DNA of 64,000 bases from Pelotomaculum sp. (GTDB lineage: Bacteria; Bacillota; Desulfotomaculia; Desulfotomaculales; Pelotomaculaceae): assembly GCA_030627625.1 (NCBI GenBank), contig DAOURR010000003.1, forward strand, positions 28,669-92,668, given 5' to 3'. Within the stretch, counting starts at the first letter, position 1. Each line of letters begins with the position of its first letter. The notes beneath the pieces were generated by a model. It saw nothing but the letters and a program-made list of their open reading frames with translations. It was not told the DNA's origin and made no database searches. Shown piece after piece: positions 9,978 through 17,990 of the stretch. The position numbers and the translations under genes were made by a program.

Positions 9978-10008
9978 AAAAAAAAAGCTGTTTTTTCAAC
10001 AGCTTTTT
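9978..10008 (-). terminator. Intrinsic terminator after the DUF3794-CBM gene (bidirectional hairpin)
   Basis: GCTGTT (9987-9992) pairs with AACAGC (9998-10003), flanked by an A9 and a T5 run. On the minus strand the stem is followed by U9. Confidence 0.75.
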
Positions 10009-10020
10009 AATCATAGTTTT

Positions 10021-11079
10021 TTAAACCGTCAAGGGGACGCACTCAAGAACGACGTCGTCGATCTTGGCTGTATTGCAATTCCCCGCGGCAGGTGTGTAGG
10101 AGAAGCGGACCATAGCGGAGGCAACGTTATCATCGGTCCTTGGCGTTACAAACTGGACCTGGGTGTATGCAGTGTCCGGGATGGACTGGCCGGTCAGAGA
10201 CTGGGCGCCGATACCGATCTGGACACCCGCTTCATCGAAAAATACCACTTCAGCGGTCAGGGAGAAATTGCTCACACCCTGTCCGAGGACATCTTCCTTG
10301 GTCCAGAAAGTGAGGCGGTACTGGCGGCCGCCCACGATTCCATTGGTAACCATCTGGAAAAGGGAGGCCGGCAGCAGGGGATTCAACCTTCCCAGTTCGG
10401 CCGCAAACGAGCCGGAATGCACGGTGGTGGTCTGGGCTACATTGCTGGCGCCCCAGAACACCGGGTGAGTGGCGTCGGCCCAGATTTCCAGGCCGCCGTC
10501 CCTGAGACGGTTTCCGGGAGGGCACTCTCTCGGTCTCGGGCATGTTTGGACAAAGATCTGGCGGTCCTCCACCACCTTTGCAGTGAGGATAATTACGGCT
10601 GTTTGGTGCAGACGGCTCGGACGCGTGAGCTCCCAGTTTATGTCGACGTCAATGCTATGAAACTGGGCAAAAACGTCGCTCTTGTTCATCACCCTCCTGG
10701 GCTGCTTTAAATCAACCATCTTGGTGAAGGGAATATCTTCTGACGTGTGCCTGACCTCGTTATTCTTGTTGACATAGAAAATCTGCTTGTGCAGGGTACC
10801 TTTAATAATGACCTTTTTAACCATTACTTCCCTTTGGGTGTCGCCGTAAGGTATAAGCACGATATCTCCAGACTGGGTTTCATCAACAAACACCGGGGTA
10901 CCCTGCAGGTCGCGGACAGAGGCTATGATCTTGTCTATTTTGATTGCCAGTTCCGGCAGGGTTACATGGTTATCGATCACCGCTTGAACTTCGACAGCCT
11001 CAACTACTACCGGAACCTTGATTTCAACACACCTGACCGGCTGGACCTCAGTAAATAAAAATTGTGCGGGCACGGACAT
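10021..11079 (-). CDS. DUF3794-domain protein with a C-terminal carbohydrate-binding-module-like jelly-roll domain
   Basis: The N-terminal half resembles the repeats of the neighbouring SipL-like protein (V..V..EV...KI..V.....). The C-terminal ~150 aa (...GSFAAELG...QMV..GIVGGRQYRLTFWTKED...AKIDDVVLE) has the CBM4/9-type pattern. Confidence 0.7.
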   Translation of the reverse strand: MSVPAQFLFTEVQPVRCVEIKVPVVVEAVEVQAVIDNHVTLPELAIKIDKIIASVRDLQGTPVFVDETQSGDIVLIPYGDTQREVMVKKVIIKGTLHKQIFYVNKNNEVRHTSEDIPFTKMVDLKQPRRVMNKSDVFAQFHSIDVDINWELTRPSRLHQTAVIILTAKVVEDRQIFVQTCPRPRECPPGNRLRDGGLEIWADATHPVFWGASNVAQTTTVHSGSFAAELGRLNPLLPASLFQMVTNGIVGGRQYRLTFWTKEDVLGQGVSNFSLTAEVVFFDEAGVQIGIGAQSLTGQSIPDTAYTQVQFVTPRTDDNVASAMVRFSYTPAAGNCNTAKIDDVVLECVPLTV

Positions 11080-11195
11080 CTTTTTTTTAACCTCCTTATA
11101 TAAATTTAATTTGAGTTAATAAAATTACCTTACATGGGCCAGCTCAAGCCGGCCCCAAAGGACCAATTAGTTTTTCCACATGAAGCAAGCTATTT

Positions 11196-12743
11196 TTACC
11201 CCATAGCCCGGCAGGGAATCATAATAACCTGGCCAACGTCGATAACATCCGGGTTAGTAATTTGTGGATTAATATCCAGGATCATCTGCACAGTTACTCC
11301 TTTGGCAGCCGCAATCTTGCCCAGAGTATCACCAGGCTGCACAGTGTACGGAGTGGGCGGACAGGGTGTCACAGTAGGCGTAGTTGTTGGCACAGGTTCA
11401 ACGGGCACGTAAACTTCCGGCTGGGCTAATTCAGTAACCGTTGCCCTGACTTTCAGCACAATTTCCTTCTGAAGATCAATACCTACCTGTTCAACCTTAA
11501 TAAACTCAGCATCTATCCTAACATCTACATCCATGTCGGGCATAGCTCCCGGCACTTCCACAAATGTGCGGAAAGCATGCTGCTGGTGCAGGGCGTGCAC
11601 GGCCTGGTCAGGCGCTACACTGACATAGATTACTTCTACGTCGACCGTGCCCCGGATTATCACTTTGCCATCCAGGATGTTGGTATCCGTTACTTCCGTC
11701 TTATCCACCCTGGCTTCAATGACTTTCGCGACATCCGGCTTGGCATGAGGGATTTCTGATACCTCCCTCACAACCACCTGTTTTTCACCAGTGCCGATCT
11801 CGCGATCAACTTTGAGCCTTCTCTTTTCATAGCCTTCCTCGTCCTTGAGCAAGGTGGGAACATTTGTCAGCGTCCTGGTTTCAGAAACATGAACGATGAG
11901 CTTGACAATGACGTCCGCGCGCAGGGCGGGGTCGATCACCAGCTCAACATCTGCGGCTTCAACCAAGGCACGTACCTGAACGTTCATCCCGGGATAGGCC
12001 TCGGGTACTTCCACAAATTCGCTGAACTTAATGGTGTGGTGCAGGTCATGGACGGTTTGCTCGGGCTTCAGCGCCACGTACAGAACCTGAAGCTTGACCT
12101 CGCCGTCGATAATAACCTTGTTTGCAATAAGCCTTTTATCGGTTATTTCCACTTCGGCTTTGGTGGCCAGGATCTTTTCCGGATCCGGTTTTTCCTCGGG
12201 AACGTCAAATACATCGCTGACAATAATTTGTTTGGTAACTCTTTCACCAATCAGGTGCTCAACCGTTATGTCTTCGGTTTCAAGAGCCTCGTTGCTGGCC
12301 GGGGTTTCGGTCAGTATGTCCAGTTCGTCAACTTCCGAGACTTTGGCGAAAACGCTTAGCACAGCCGCAACGTCGAATTTGCGCGCGTCTTTCGTACTAC
12401 GAGTGATGCTCACATCCTCTACGCTTACATCGACGTGAACATCCATCATTGGTCTGGCGCCTTCCACGTCAACAAAGGTCGTAAAATTAATATCGCCGTG
12501 CATTGAATGAACGGACTGATCCGGCTTAAAAGCAACATACATAACCTGTAAGGTCAGGGCGCCTTCTACGATTACTTTGTTTGGGACGATGCTGACGTCT
12601 TTAACCCTGGCCTTTGCTTCTTTTGATAGAATTTTATCCACGTCCGGCTTTGCATAAGGTACTTCAATCTGTCCCCTGACGACGGTCTGGACTCTATCTT
12701 CACCCTTGACCAGATTGACTTTCAGCCGTTCGGTTCCAGCCAT
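11196..12743 (-). CDS. SipL-like spore-coat morphogenetic protein candidate: three DUF3794 repeats plus a C-terminal LysM
   Basis: Three internal repeats (...PDVDKILSKEAKARVKDVSIVPNKVIVEGALTLQVMYVA.. / ..PEKILATKAEVEITDKRLIANKVIIDGEVKLQVLYVA.. / ..PDVAKVIEARVDKTEVTDTNILDGKVIIRGTVDVEVIYVS..). LysM: YTVQPGDTLGKIAAAKGVTVQMILDINPQI. ATG at 12743 follows AAGGAGGA. Confidence 0.75.
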   Translation of the reverse strand: MAGTERLKVNLVKGEDRVQTVVRGQIEVPYAKPDVDKILSKEAKARVKDVSIVPNKVIVEGALTLQVMYVAFKPDQSVHSMHGDINFTTFVDVEGARPMMDVHVDVSVEDVSITRSTKDARKFDVAAVLSVFAKVSEVDELDILTETPASNEALETEDITVEHLIGERVTKQIIVSDVFDVPEEKPDPEKILATKAEVEITDKRLIANKVIIDGEVKLQVLYVALKPEQTVHDLHHTIKFSEFVEVPEAYPGMNVQVRALVEAADVELVIDPALRADVIVKLIVHVSETRTLTNVPTLLKDEEGYEKRRLKVDREIGTGEKQVVVREVSEIPHAKPDVAKVIEARVDKTEVTDTNILDGKVIIRGTVDVEVIYVSVAPDQAVHALHQQHAFRTFVEVPGAMPDMDVDVRIDAEFIKVEQVGIDLQKEIVLKVRATVTELAQPEVYVPVEPVPTTTPTVTPCPPTPYTVQPGDTLGKIAAAKGVTVQMILDINPQITNPDVIDVGQVIMIPCRAMG

Positions 12744-12774
12744 ACTTAATCCTCCTTTCAAAACTGTTCTATAC

Positions 12775-12801
12775 TAATATATGAGTGTGACAAGAAAAAG
12801 T
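12775..12801 (-). promoter_or_regulatory. Candidate mother-cell (sigma-K/sigma-E-like) promoter for the SipL-like gene
   Basis: Minus strand reads AC-N16-CATATATTA, which fits the AC-N16/17-CATANNNTA pattern. Pattern match only. Confidence 0.35.
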
Positions 12802-12832
12802 ACCAAAAAGAGTAGCCAACCATGTAAAAAAC

Positions 12833-12860
12833 AAAAAAAAGAGGACTAAATCCTCTTCCT
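12833..12860 (-). terminator. Intrinsic terminator after the CAP-domain gene
   Basis: AAGAGGA-CTAAA-TCCTCTT hairpin. On the minus strand it is followed by U8. Confidence 0.7.
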
Positions 12861-12980
12861 TTTATTTGCCTTTTAATATAATTTATGGAAAAATGAAACC
12901 GGGCCTTTTTACCTGCCGTAGTTTTTTTACCTAACTAATAAAAATGTTTAAAAGTTGCAATTTAACTATATAAACCGCGA

Positions 12981-14438
12981 CTAACCATTGAACATCTGCA
13001 CAAACATCTTTCCATAGCGGCCCCCGCTTACCACGCCGATGCCTACCCTGGTGTAGTTGGCGTTAAGAATATTAGCGCGGTGCCCCGGTGAATTCATTAA
13101 ATTAGTGTGCGCGCTGTCAACGGTAGGAGCGCCGGCCAGGTTCTCCCCGGCATACCGGTAACTCACCCCGTATTTTTTCATCATATCAAACGGCGAGCCG
13201 TATGTGGGCGAATTATGGTCAAAATACCCCAGGTTAATCATATCCTGCGCTTTAAGCCGGGCCAGCTTAACCAGGTTCAAATCCATCTGCAGGGGCTTTA
13301 AGCCCGCCCTTGCCCGCTCCTGGTTAACCAGGTTCAGCATCTTGCTCTCATCCGCGTTCAGACCGCTGACCGGCTGAGGCTCAGGTTGTGGTTGTGGTTG
13401 TGGCTGCGGCTGCGGCTGTGGCTGTGGCTGCGGCTGCGGCTGCGGCTGTGGCTGTGGCTGCGGCTGCGGCTGCGGCTGCTGAATTTGAGTTTGATTAAGG
13501 GGCTTGATGAACATTTGAACAAACATCTTTCCGTAGCTGCCCCCGCTTACCACACCGATGCCTACCCTGGTATAGCTGGCATTGAGAATATTGGCGCGGT
13601 GCCCCGGTGAATTCATTAAATTGATATGTGCGCTGACGACAGTGGGAGCGCCGGCCAGGTTCTCCCCGGCATAGCTGTAGCTTACTCCGTATTTCTTCAT
13701 CATTTCGAAAGGAGACCCGTACGTGGGCGAATTATGGCTAAAATATCTCAGGTTAATCATGTCCTGCGCTTTCAGACGGGCTAGCTTGACCAAATCCAGA
13801 TCAATCTGCAGGGGGCTTAACCCTGCCTTTGCCCGCTCCTGATTGATCAGTTCCAGCATCTTGCTCTCATCAGCATTCAGACCGCTGACCGGCTGGGGCT
13901 GGGGCTGTGTTTGTGGCTGTGGCTGCGCCGTTCCGGCATTTTGACTGCAGGTGAATATTTGAACAAGAATCTTGTAGGAACCTTTTGTAATTACCCCAAC
14001 ACCAATCCGGTCATATTTTTGACTGAGTATGTTAGACCTGTGACCACTTGACTCCATCAAAGCTTTAAAAGCTGAGCTGACCGAAGGGGCTTTGGCAATG
14101 TTTTCTGCGACGCAACTGTACTGCACCCCGACAACCTTCATCATGTCGGAGGCTGAACCGTAGGTTGGAGAAACATGGCCCAAGTAACCGTTGGACGCCA
14201 TATCCTGTGCTTTGATCCGGGCCAGGCCGGATAATGTTGGGTCAACTACAAGCTGTTTCAGGCCAGCTTCGGCGCGGGCGGAGTTAACCAAATCCGCCAT
14301 CTGAAGTTCGTCAACACTTATGGGCGCCCCAGCTTCCGCCGCGCTTGCCGGTGCTGCTATCCCCAATGAGAACATGATTACAAAAAGGAACAAAATCGAG
14401 ATTACGCTTAATGACAGGCTCCTTGAACGAAACAACAT
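12981..14438 (-). CDS. Secreted protein with three CAP/SCP (YkwD-like) domains joined by (PQ)n linkers
   Basis: Signal peptide ...GIAAPASA. There are three copies of the CAP pattern (..A.DM....Y..H.SPTYGS..DMM...GV.Y....ENIA......A...LM.S.GHR.NIL...Y.R.G.GV). Copies 2 and 3 are nearly identical. Confidence 0.9.
   Translation of the reverse strand: MLFRSRSLSLSVISILFLFVIMFSLGIAAPASAAEAGAPISVDELQMADLVNSARAEAGLKQLVVDPTLSGLARIKAQDMASNGYLGHVSPTYGSASDMMKVVGVQYSCVAENIAKAPSVSSAFKALMESSGHRSNILSQKYDRIGVGVITKGSYKILVQIFTCSQNAGTAQPQPQTQPQPQPVSGLNADESKMLELINQERAKAGLSPLQIDLDLVKLARLKAQDMINLRYFSHNSPTYGSPFEMMKKYGVSYSYAGENLAGAPTVVSAHINLMNSPGHRANILNASYTRVGIGVVSGGSYGKMFVQMFIKPLNQTQIQQPQPQPQPQPQPQPQPQPQPQPQPQPQPQPQPEPQPVSGLNADESKMLNLVNQERARAGLKPLQMDLNLVKLARLKAQDMINLGYFDHNSPTYGSPFDMMKKYGVSYRYAGENLAGAPTVDSAHTNLMNSPGHRANILNANYTRVGIGVVSGGRYGKMFVQMFNG
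13372..13480. repeat. Hexanucleotide microsatellite (CTGYGG)n encoding a (PQ)~17 linker
   Basis: Plus strand has ggctgtggctgtggctgcggctgcgg... over about 105 nt. It translates on the minus strand as QPQPQPQPQ...PEPQP. Confidence 0.95.
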
Positions 14439-14457
14439 TCAATTACCCCTTCCTTTT

Positions 14458-14685
14458 ACACCTCCGGAGTTAGCTGACGGGTTCGGTAAAAGATAACCCT
14501 ACCCGTTCAGTAGTCGGTCGTCGGAAGTCGGAAGTCAGTTTATTTTAGTAGGTATTCATATAGCGATTACCTCTAGACTGACATCTGACATCTGACATCT
14601 GACATCTGAATTGGGATTCACCCCTGAAAACCGGTTCCTCCGTACCCAAACCATATTTTTGGGATTCGGCTGAGATGCAGGATGG
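14458..14685 (-). promoter_or_regulatory. c-di-AMP riboswitch (ydaO-yuaA class) in the 5' leader of the CAP-domain gene
   Basis: Minus strand contains, in order, GCCGAAUCCC, the CCCAAA/UUUGGG hairpin, GUACGGAGGAACC, GGGGUGAAUCCC, a long helix, ACGGGUAGGG and CCGAACCCGUCAGCUAAC. These match the pseudo-symmetric signature blocks I recall for the ydaO aptamer. Confidence 0.75.
14513..14609. repeat. Heptanucleotide-repeat inverted repeat forming the extended riboswitch helix
   Basis: Plus strand: GTCGGTC GTCGGAA GTCGGAA GTCAG, a 39-nt loop, then CT(GACATCT)x4 GA. The arms are complementary, with mismatches or wobbles recurring every 7 nt. Confidence 0.9.
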
Positions 14686-14726
14686 CAAATAAAAAGGCCC
14701 ATACAAAGCAACCCTTGTACAAGCCT

Positions 14727-14755
14727 ACTATACTTACAATGGAGTGTTGTGGCAA
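14727..14755 (-). promoter_or_regulatory. Candidate sigma-A promoter driving the riboswitch leader
   Basis: Minus strand: TTGCCA (14755-14750), 17 nt, TATAGT (14732-14727). Confidence 0.5.
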
Positions 14756-14857
14756 AGCCGGTAATTTAATCCCAATGGTCGTATAGTTAACAATTATGGC
14801 AGTATCCTGCGAAGTTTTCAAAATAGCTCAGAAATAGCAAAGGATGTAAAAAAAAGG

Positions 14858-15271
14858 CTATACTTTAGATCCTTTTTTTACTACCGTAGCATTTATGTCG
14901 ATCATTTTCAATAGGGCCTCCGCTCCTCTGGCAGCACAGCCGCTCAGAAACAAATGCGCCTGCCCGCGGGCAATCAGCTTTTGCAAGGCCTGGCAGATAT
15001 GGGTTTCGGTGACCTCGCCCGGATCAGCCGGACAACACCCTTCTCCCAAACCCAGTGCGGTTAAAAAACCATTATTATATCCAAGCGTGCTTCCTTCAGC
15101 GTAACCTTTTTCATAACCGGACTCAAAGCCCAGGCCATAACCCGGATGATAACCCAGGTTCCTGCCTGCTCTGTAAGCCTCTTCTTCTTTTTTTTTCTTA
15201 TCTACCCAGAGTTCTTTAGGGCCATGGGCAAAGCCCTTTTCAAGATCCCCGGAAATTATGTTTTTGCCCAT
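14858..15271 (-). CDS. Hypothetical protein with G-Y-rich GxxxG/Yae1-like repeats and a Cys-containing C-terminal domain
   Basis: MGKNIISGDLEKGF...GYHPGYGLGFESGYEKGYAEGSTLGYNNGF...; ATG at 15271 follows an AAGGGCGG-like SD. Confidence 0.5.
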   Translation of the reverse strand: MGKNIISGDLEKGFAHGPKELWVDKKKKEEEAYRAGRNLGYHPGYGLGFESGYEKGYAEGSTLGYNNGFLTALGLGEGCCPADPGEVTETHICQALQKLIARGQAHLFLSGCAARGAEALLKMIDINATVVKKGSKV

Positions 15272-15359
15272 GGTCACCGCCCTTTCCCGATACCGGATGT
15301 ACTGCGTCAACCTGACCAAAATTTATACCCGGAAGCAAACTCGGAACCTTGACAGCAGC

Positions 15360-15782
15360 TTAGATTCGGGGCCGCCACTTCCGCATTGAGTCAGGCGCAT
15401 AAAATACCGCCCCCAGGCCTTCGGTAAGCACAAGGCACTCCAATCCATCTACCTCTTCCACAAAACAGGTGAGTATGAACAACTGTTTTTTTAAACCCCT
15501 ACAAAACCTTTTCATGAATAGCTCGTCAAGATTCGCAAGCTTTCCCACAATCTGCCGGGAGCCTTCCACAACAAGAGAATACCGGCCGTCGTCCTGCCTG
15601 TTTAAGGCAATTTGCACTGGTGTTTCGCGGGTATCACAGGACAGTTTATTTATTCCCTCCAGGTAATGCCGGGCCACTTTTACAGCCTCTTCCCTGCTTT
15701 TAAACCTGGGGCCGATCGCGGGTATGTTATCTCCAAGAAATGCCAGGGCAATATCTCCTGAAACAATGGACCGGTATACCAT
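15360..15782 (-). CDS. Hypothetical protein (140 aa)
   Basis: Clean ORF in the local minus-strand gene series. No recognisable motif. Confidence 0.5.
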   Translation of the reverse strand: MVYRSIVSGDIALAFLGDNIPAIGPRFKSREEAVKVARHYLEGINKLSCDTRETPVQIALNRQDDGRYSLVVEGSRQIVGKLANLDELFMKRFCRGLKKQLFILTCFVEEVDGLECLVLTEGLGAVFYAPDSMRKWRPRI

Positions 15783-15863
15783 TGGTAAGCCTCCTCATTT
15801 TTAATATATGGATGGCTTAGGGTAAAGGTGAGGCGGCCCGACCAAAATACTTCTCTTCTAGGC

Positions 15864-16868
15864 TTAAAATTCAATCTTGAGCAGATCCATGACGTTAGCA
15901 ATCCGATTAAAAACAGTAAGTTTTTCTGACCCTGCAAACAGCAAGCCTATTGCCTTTTTATCCTGGTTCAAAATTAATGAGCCGCTGTCACCCGGCTTGG
16001 AAGGTAAATCAGTTACAACCTGTTCAGTAAACCAGACCTTTTCATCTTTATCCATTTCAACCTGCAGAGTTGTGTTGACTGATTTAACGACTCCGCTGGT
16101 GACGCCTGAGGTTCTGCCGCTCTTCCGCACCTTTTCTCCTGGCTTGGCTTCTGATATGCCGTTTACTTCCCCTATTTCCAGGATAGCCGGCCTGACAATA
16201 TCCTCTGAATCCAGTTTAACTACAGCACAGTCAACAGTATTTTCAGACTTGGAGTGCTTGTAAAAACGAATTTCGTAGTCCCGCTTAAACAGGTTAATCA
16301 GCCTGGTGACTTCACGCGCCAGGCTCATTGCCACCGGGCAATCAGCCCTGGAAATGCTTTTTTCCAGCGGAACGTAGCGGGGCAGGACACCAATCCGGTC
16401 CTCAGTTTTTCCCCCGTCGTAAGGTCCGGGTTGCAGAATGGGGTCGCCTTTTTTAGCCCTTGCCTCCTGGTAAGTGGAACCGTTGGCAAGCACATGGTTG
16501 TTGGACAGAACCATCAGCTCTTTGGTTTCTCTGTCCTTAACAACAGCCCCCATTGTTCCGGCCGAAGACTGAAAATGTCCGATGCTCATCCCGGGCTGGC
16601 AGGGTCTTACCCGTTTGGTACGGTCATTGAGCATTCTTACCACACCGATTTCAACAACATCTGTTACGAGCCCGTGAATCTTTTTTGGCACAACCTGGCT
16701 CCTTTGCAGATCCGCAGCGGGCAGTTTTTTTTCTACATATAAGATAAACGCCGGTTCACCAGTACTCTCTTCGCCTACATGTTTATGGCCTATCCCTATG
16801 CCAACCACGTTCTGGAGGTCCAGCAGCTTTCCCCTGGTTTTATTCAAGGCTCTGAAATACCGGTCCAT
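15864..16868 (-). CDS. Chymotrypsin-fold (S1-like) serine protease candidate
   Basis: Candidate catalytic His in SNNHVLA and Ser in PGDSGSLIL (GDSG motif), followed by AIGLLFAG. ATG at 16868 follows GGAGG; the TTG at 16889 overlaps the SD. Confidence 0.65.
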   Translation of the reverse strand: MDRYFRALNKTRGKLLDLQNVVGIGIGHKHVGEESTGEPAFILYVEKKLPAADLQRSQVVPKKIHGLVTDVVEIGVVRMLNDRTKRVRPCQPGMSIGHFQSSAGTMGAVVKDRETKELMVLSNNHVLANGSTYQEARAKKGDPILQPGPYDGGKTEDRIGVLPRYVPLEKSISRADCPVAMSLAREVTRLINLFKRDYEIRFYKHSKSENTVDCAVVKLDSEDIVRPAILEIGEVNGISEAKPGEKVRKSGRTSGVTSGVVKSVNTTLQVEMDKDEKVWFTEQVVTDLPSKPGDSGSLILNQDKKAIGLLFAGSEKLTVFNRIANVMDLLKIEF

Positions 16869-16935
16869 TAACGAAAACCCCTCCTTCAAAATCCTAAACC
16901 ATCATATGCAGGATTTTAAGAAAGGGGTACGCGTT

Positions 16936-17865
16936 CTAATATGCCGATTTCGGTAAACCCAGGCGGTATTTGCCACGGGTTTCCATGCCGCCTATACCGT
17001 CAAGGCCGGTTATTGTCCCTGAAATAACATCTTTTATCGGAATCGGATCGTATATTGAGGTGTATGAGATCTTCTCCACCACAAAGACTGGATCGTAGGC
17101 ATGGATCATTACTCTCTTCGGGGAACTGGCAAAGTTGGCTCCTGCCGACAGGATAGCCTCGTAATGTGACTGGCAGGCCCCGGCGAAAATAACCAGATCG
17201 TCCTTGCTCTTCTCATATTGCCTCGCTATTTTTACCGCCTCAACAAAATATTTTGAGGCAAAATAATTATTTATATCCGTAAAATCTTTTGTGCCTTTAA
17301 CATAGCCGTCATGACCGGTTAAAACCAGAATATCGGGCCTGTGCTTCTTTAATAAATCTTCCAGTACTTCCGGCTGCTTTTCTTCCTGGATATTGTAGCC
17401 GTCAGCAGGTATACTCAACTGTCTGTATGTGGCCAGGCAGATATCCAGGTAATCACCGTCGCCGTCGATGTGAAGAACAGAGCCGGGAACATCAAAGCCC
17501 GTCACCTTGTTTTGGTTGTTGGTTGGTTTGTTTTGTTTGTTTTGTTTGTTTTGATCGCCGTAATTTACCTGCACCTGCACCGCCCTGCTCAGAAAGAGCT
17601 CCCGCTCCCGCTCCCTCCTGGCAAAAATCCGGCTCATATGCTCAGTGTTTTTTATGGTGATGTCCCTCAGACAGTTGGCAATTTCACCCGGGTCAATTTT
17701 GACCAGGTCATCCAAAGGAGCGTCGGCGCACAATCTCAGGTACAGACCCTTTAAAAAAGCGTATTTTCTACCTTTTTTTTCATATAAATCTTTAACTTTA
17801 AAATAAACATCGGTATTATAGGACTTCCGACCGACGACGTCACCCTTTTTGATTTCCTCCACCAA
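16936..17865 (-). CDS. yabG: Sporulation-specific protease YabG
   Basis: ILVLTGHDG...DLVIFAGACQSHYEAIL.AGANFASSP.RV.IHA.DP...GGMETRG matches the YabG peptidase U57 family. It lies next to rsmA, as in Bacillus. It contains a (GTTTGTTTT)x3 repeat at 17526-17553 that encodes NKQNKQNK. Confidence 0.9.
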   Translation of the reverse strand: MVEEIKKGDVVGRKSYNTDVYFKVKDLYEKKGRKYAFLKGLYLRLCADAPLDDLVKIDPGEIANCLRDITIKNTEHMSRIFARRERERELFLSRAVQVQVNYGDQNKQNKQNKPTNNQNKVTGFDVPGSVLHIDGDGDYLDICLATYRQLSIPADGYNIQEEKQPEVLEDLLKKHRPDILVLTGHDGYVKGTKDFTDINNYFASKYFVEAVKIARQYEKSKDDLVIFAGACQSHYEAILSAGANFASSPKRVMIHAYDPVFVVEKISYTSIYDPIPIKDVISGTITGLDGIGGMETRGKYRLGLPKSAY

Positions 17866-17990
17866 AAAAACCCCTTTTATTTTTTATTTATAATATGAAA
17901 GGGGCCTTAATGTTTGTGTATGTATCACAGGTAACTTTTAAATCCTTTTTCCATATATTAGATTAGATAAATTCCGGAAGGTAGTTAAAA

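Noticed and set aside
13386-13610. Plus-strand ORF encoding MWLWLWLRLRLWLW...
   Set aside because: It is the antisense reading of the (PQ)n microsatellite inside the CAP-domain gene. It is a low-complexity artefact.
14513-14609. Heptamer tandem arrays (GACATCT x4; GTCGGAA x2) considered as a mini-CRISPR, a minisatellite, a mobile element, or a HutP/TRAP-like array of NAG triplets spaced every 7 nt
   Set aside because: There are only two arrays. They are mutually complementary and form one long helix, and they sit exactly at a variable hairpin position inside a ydaO-class aptamer. There are no spacers, no cas genes and no terminal repeats. Protein binding to NAG repeats is unsupported speculation, and the spacing differs from TRAP sites.
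14618-14821. 67-aa minus-strand ORF
   Set aside because: It overlaps the riboswitch 5' half and its candidate promoter, and it has no SD.
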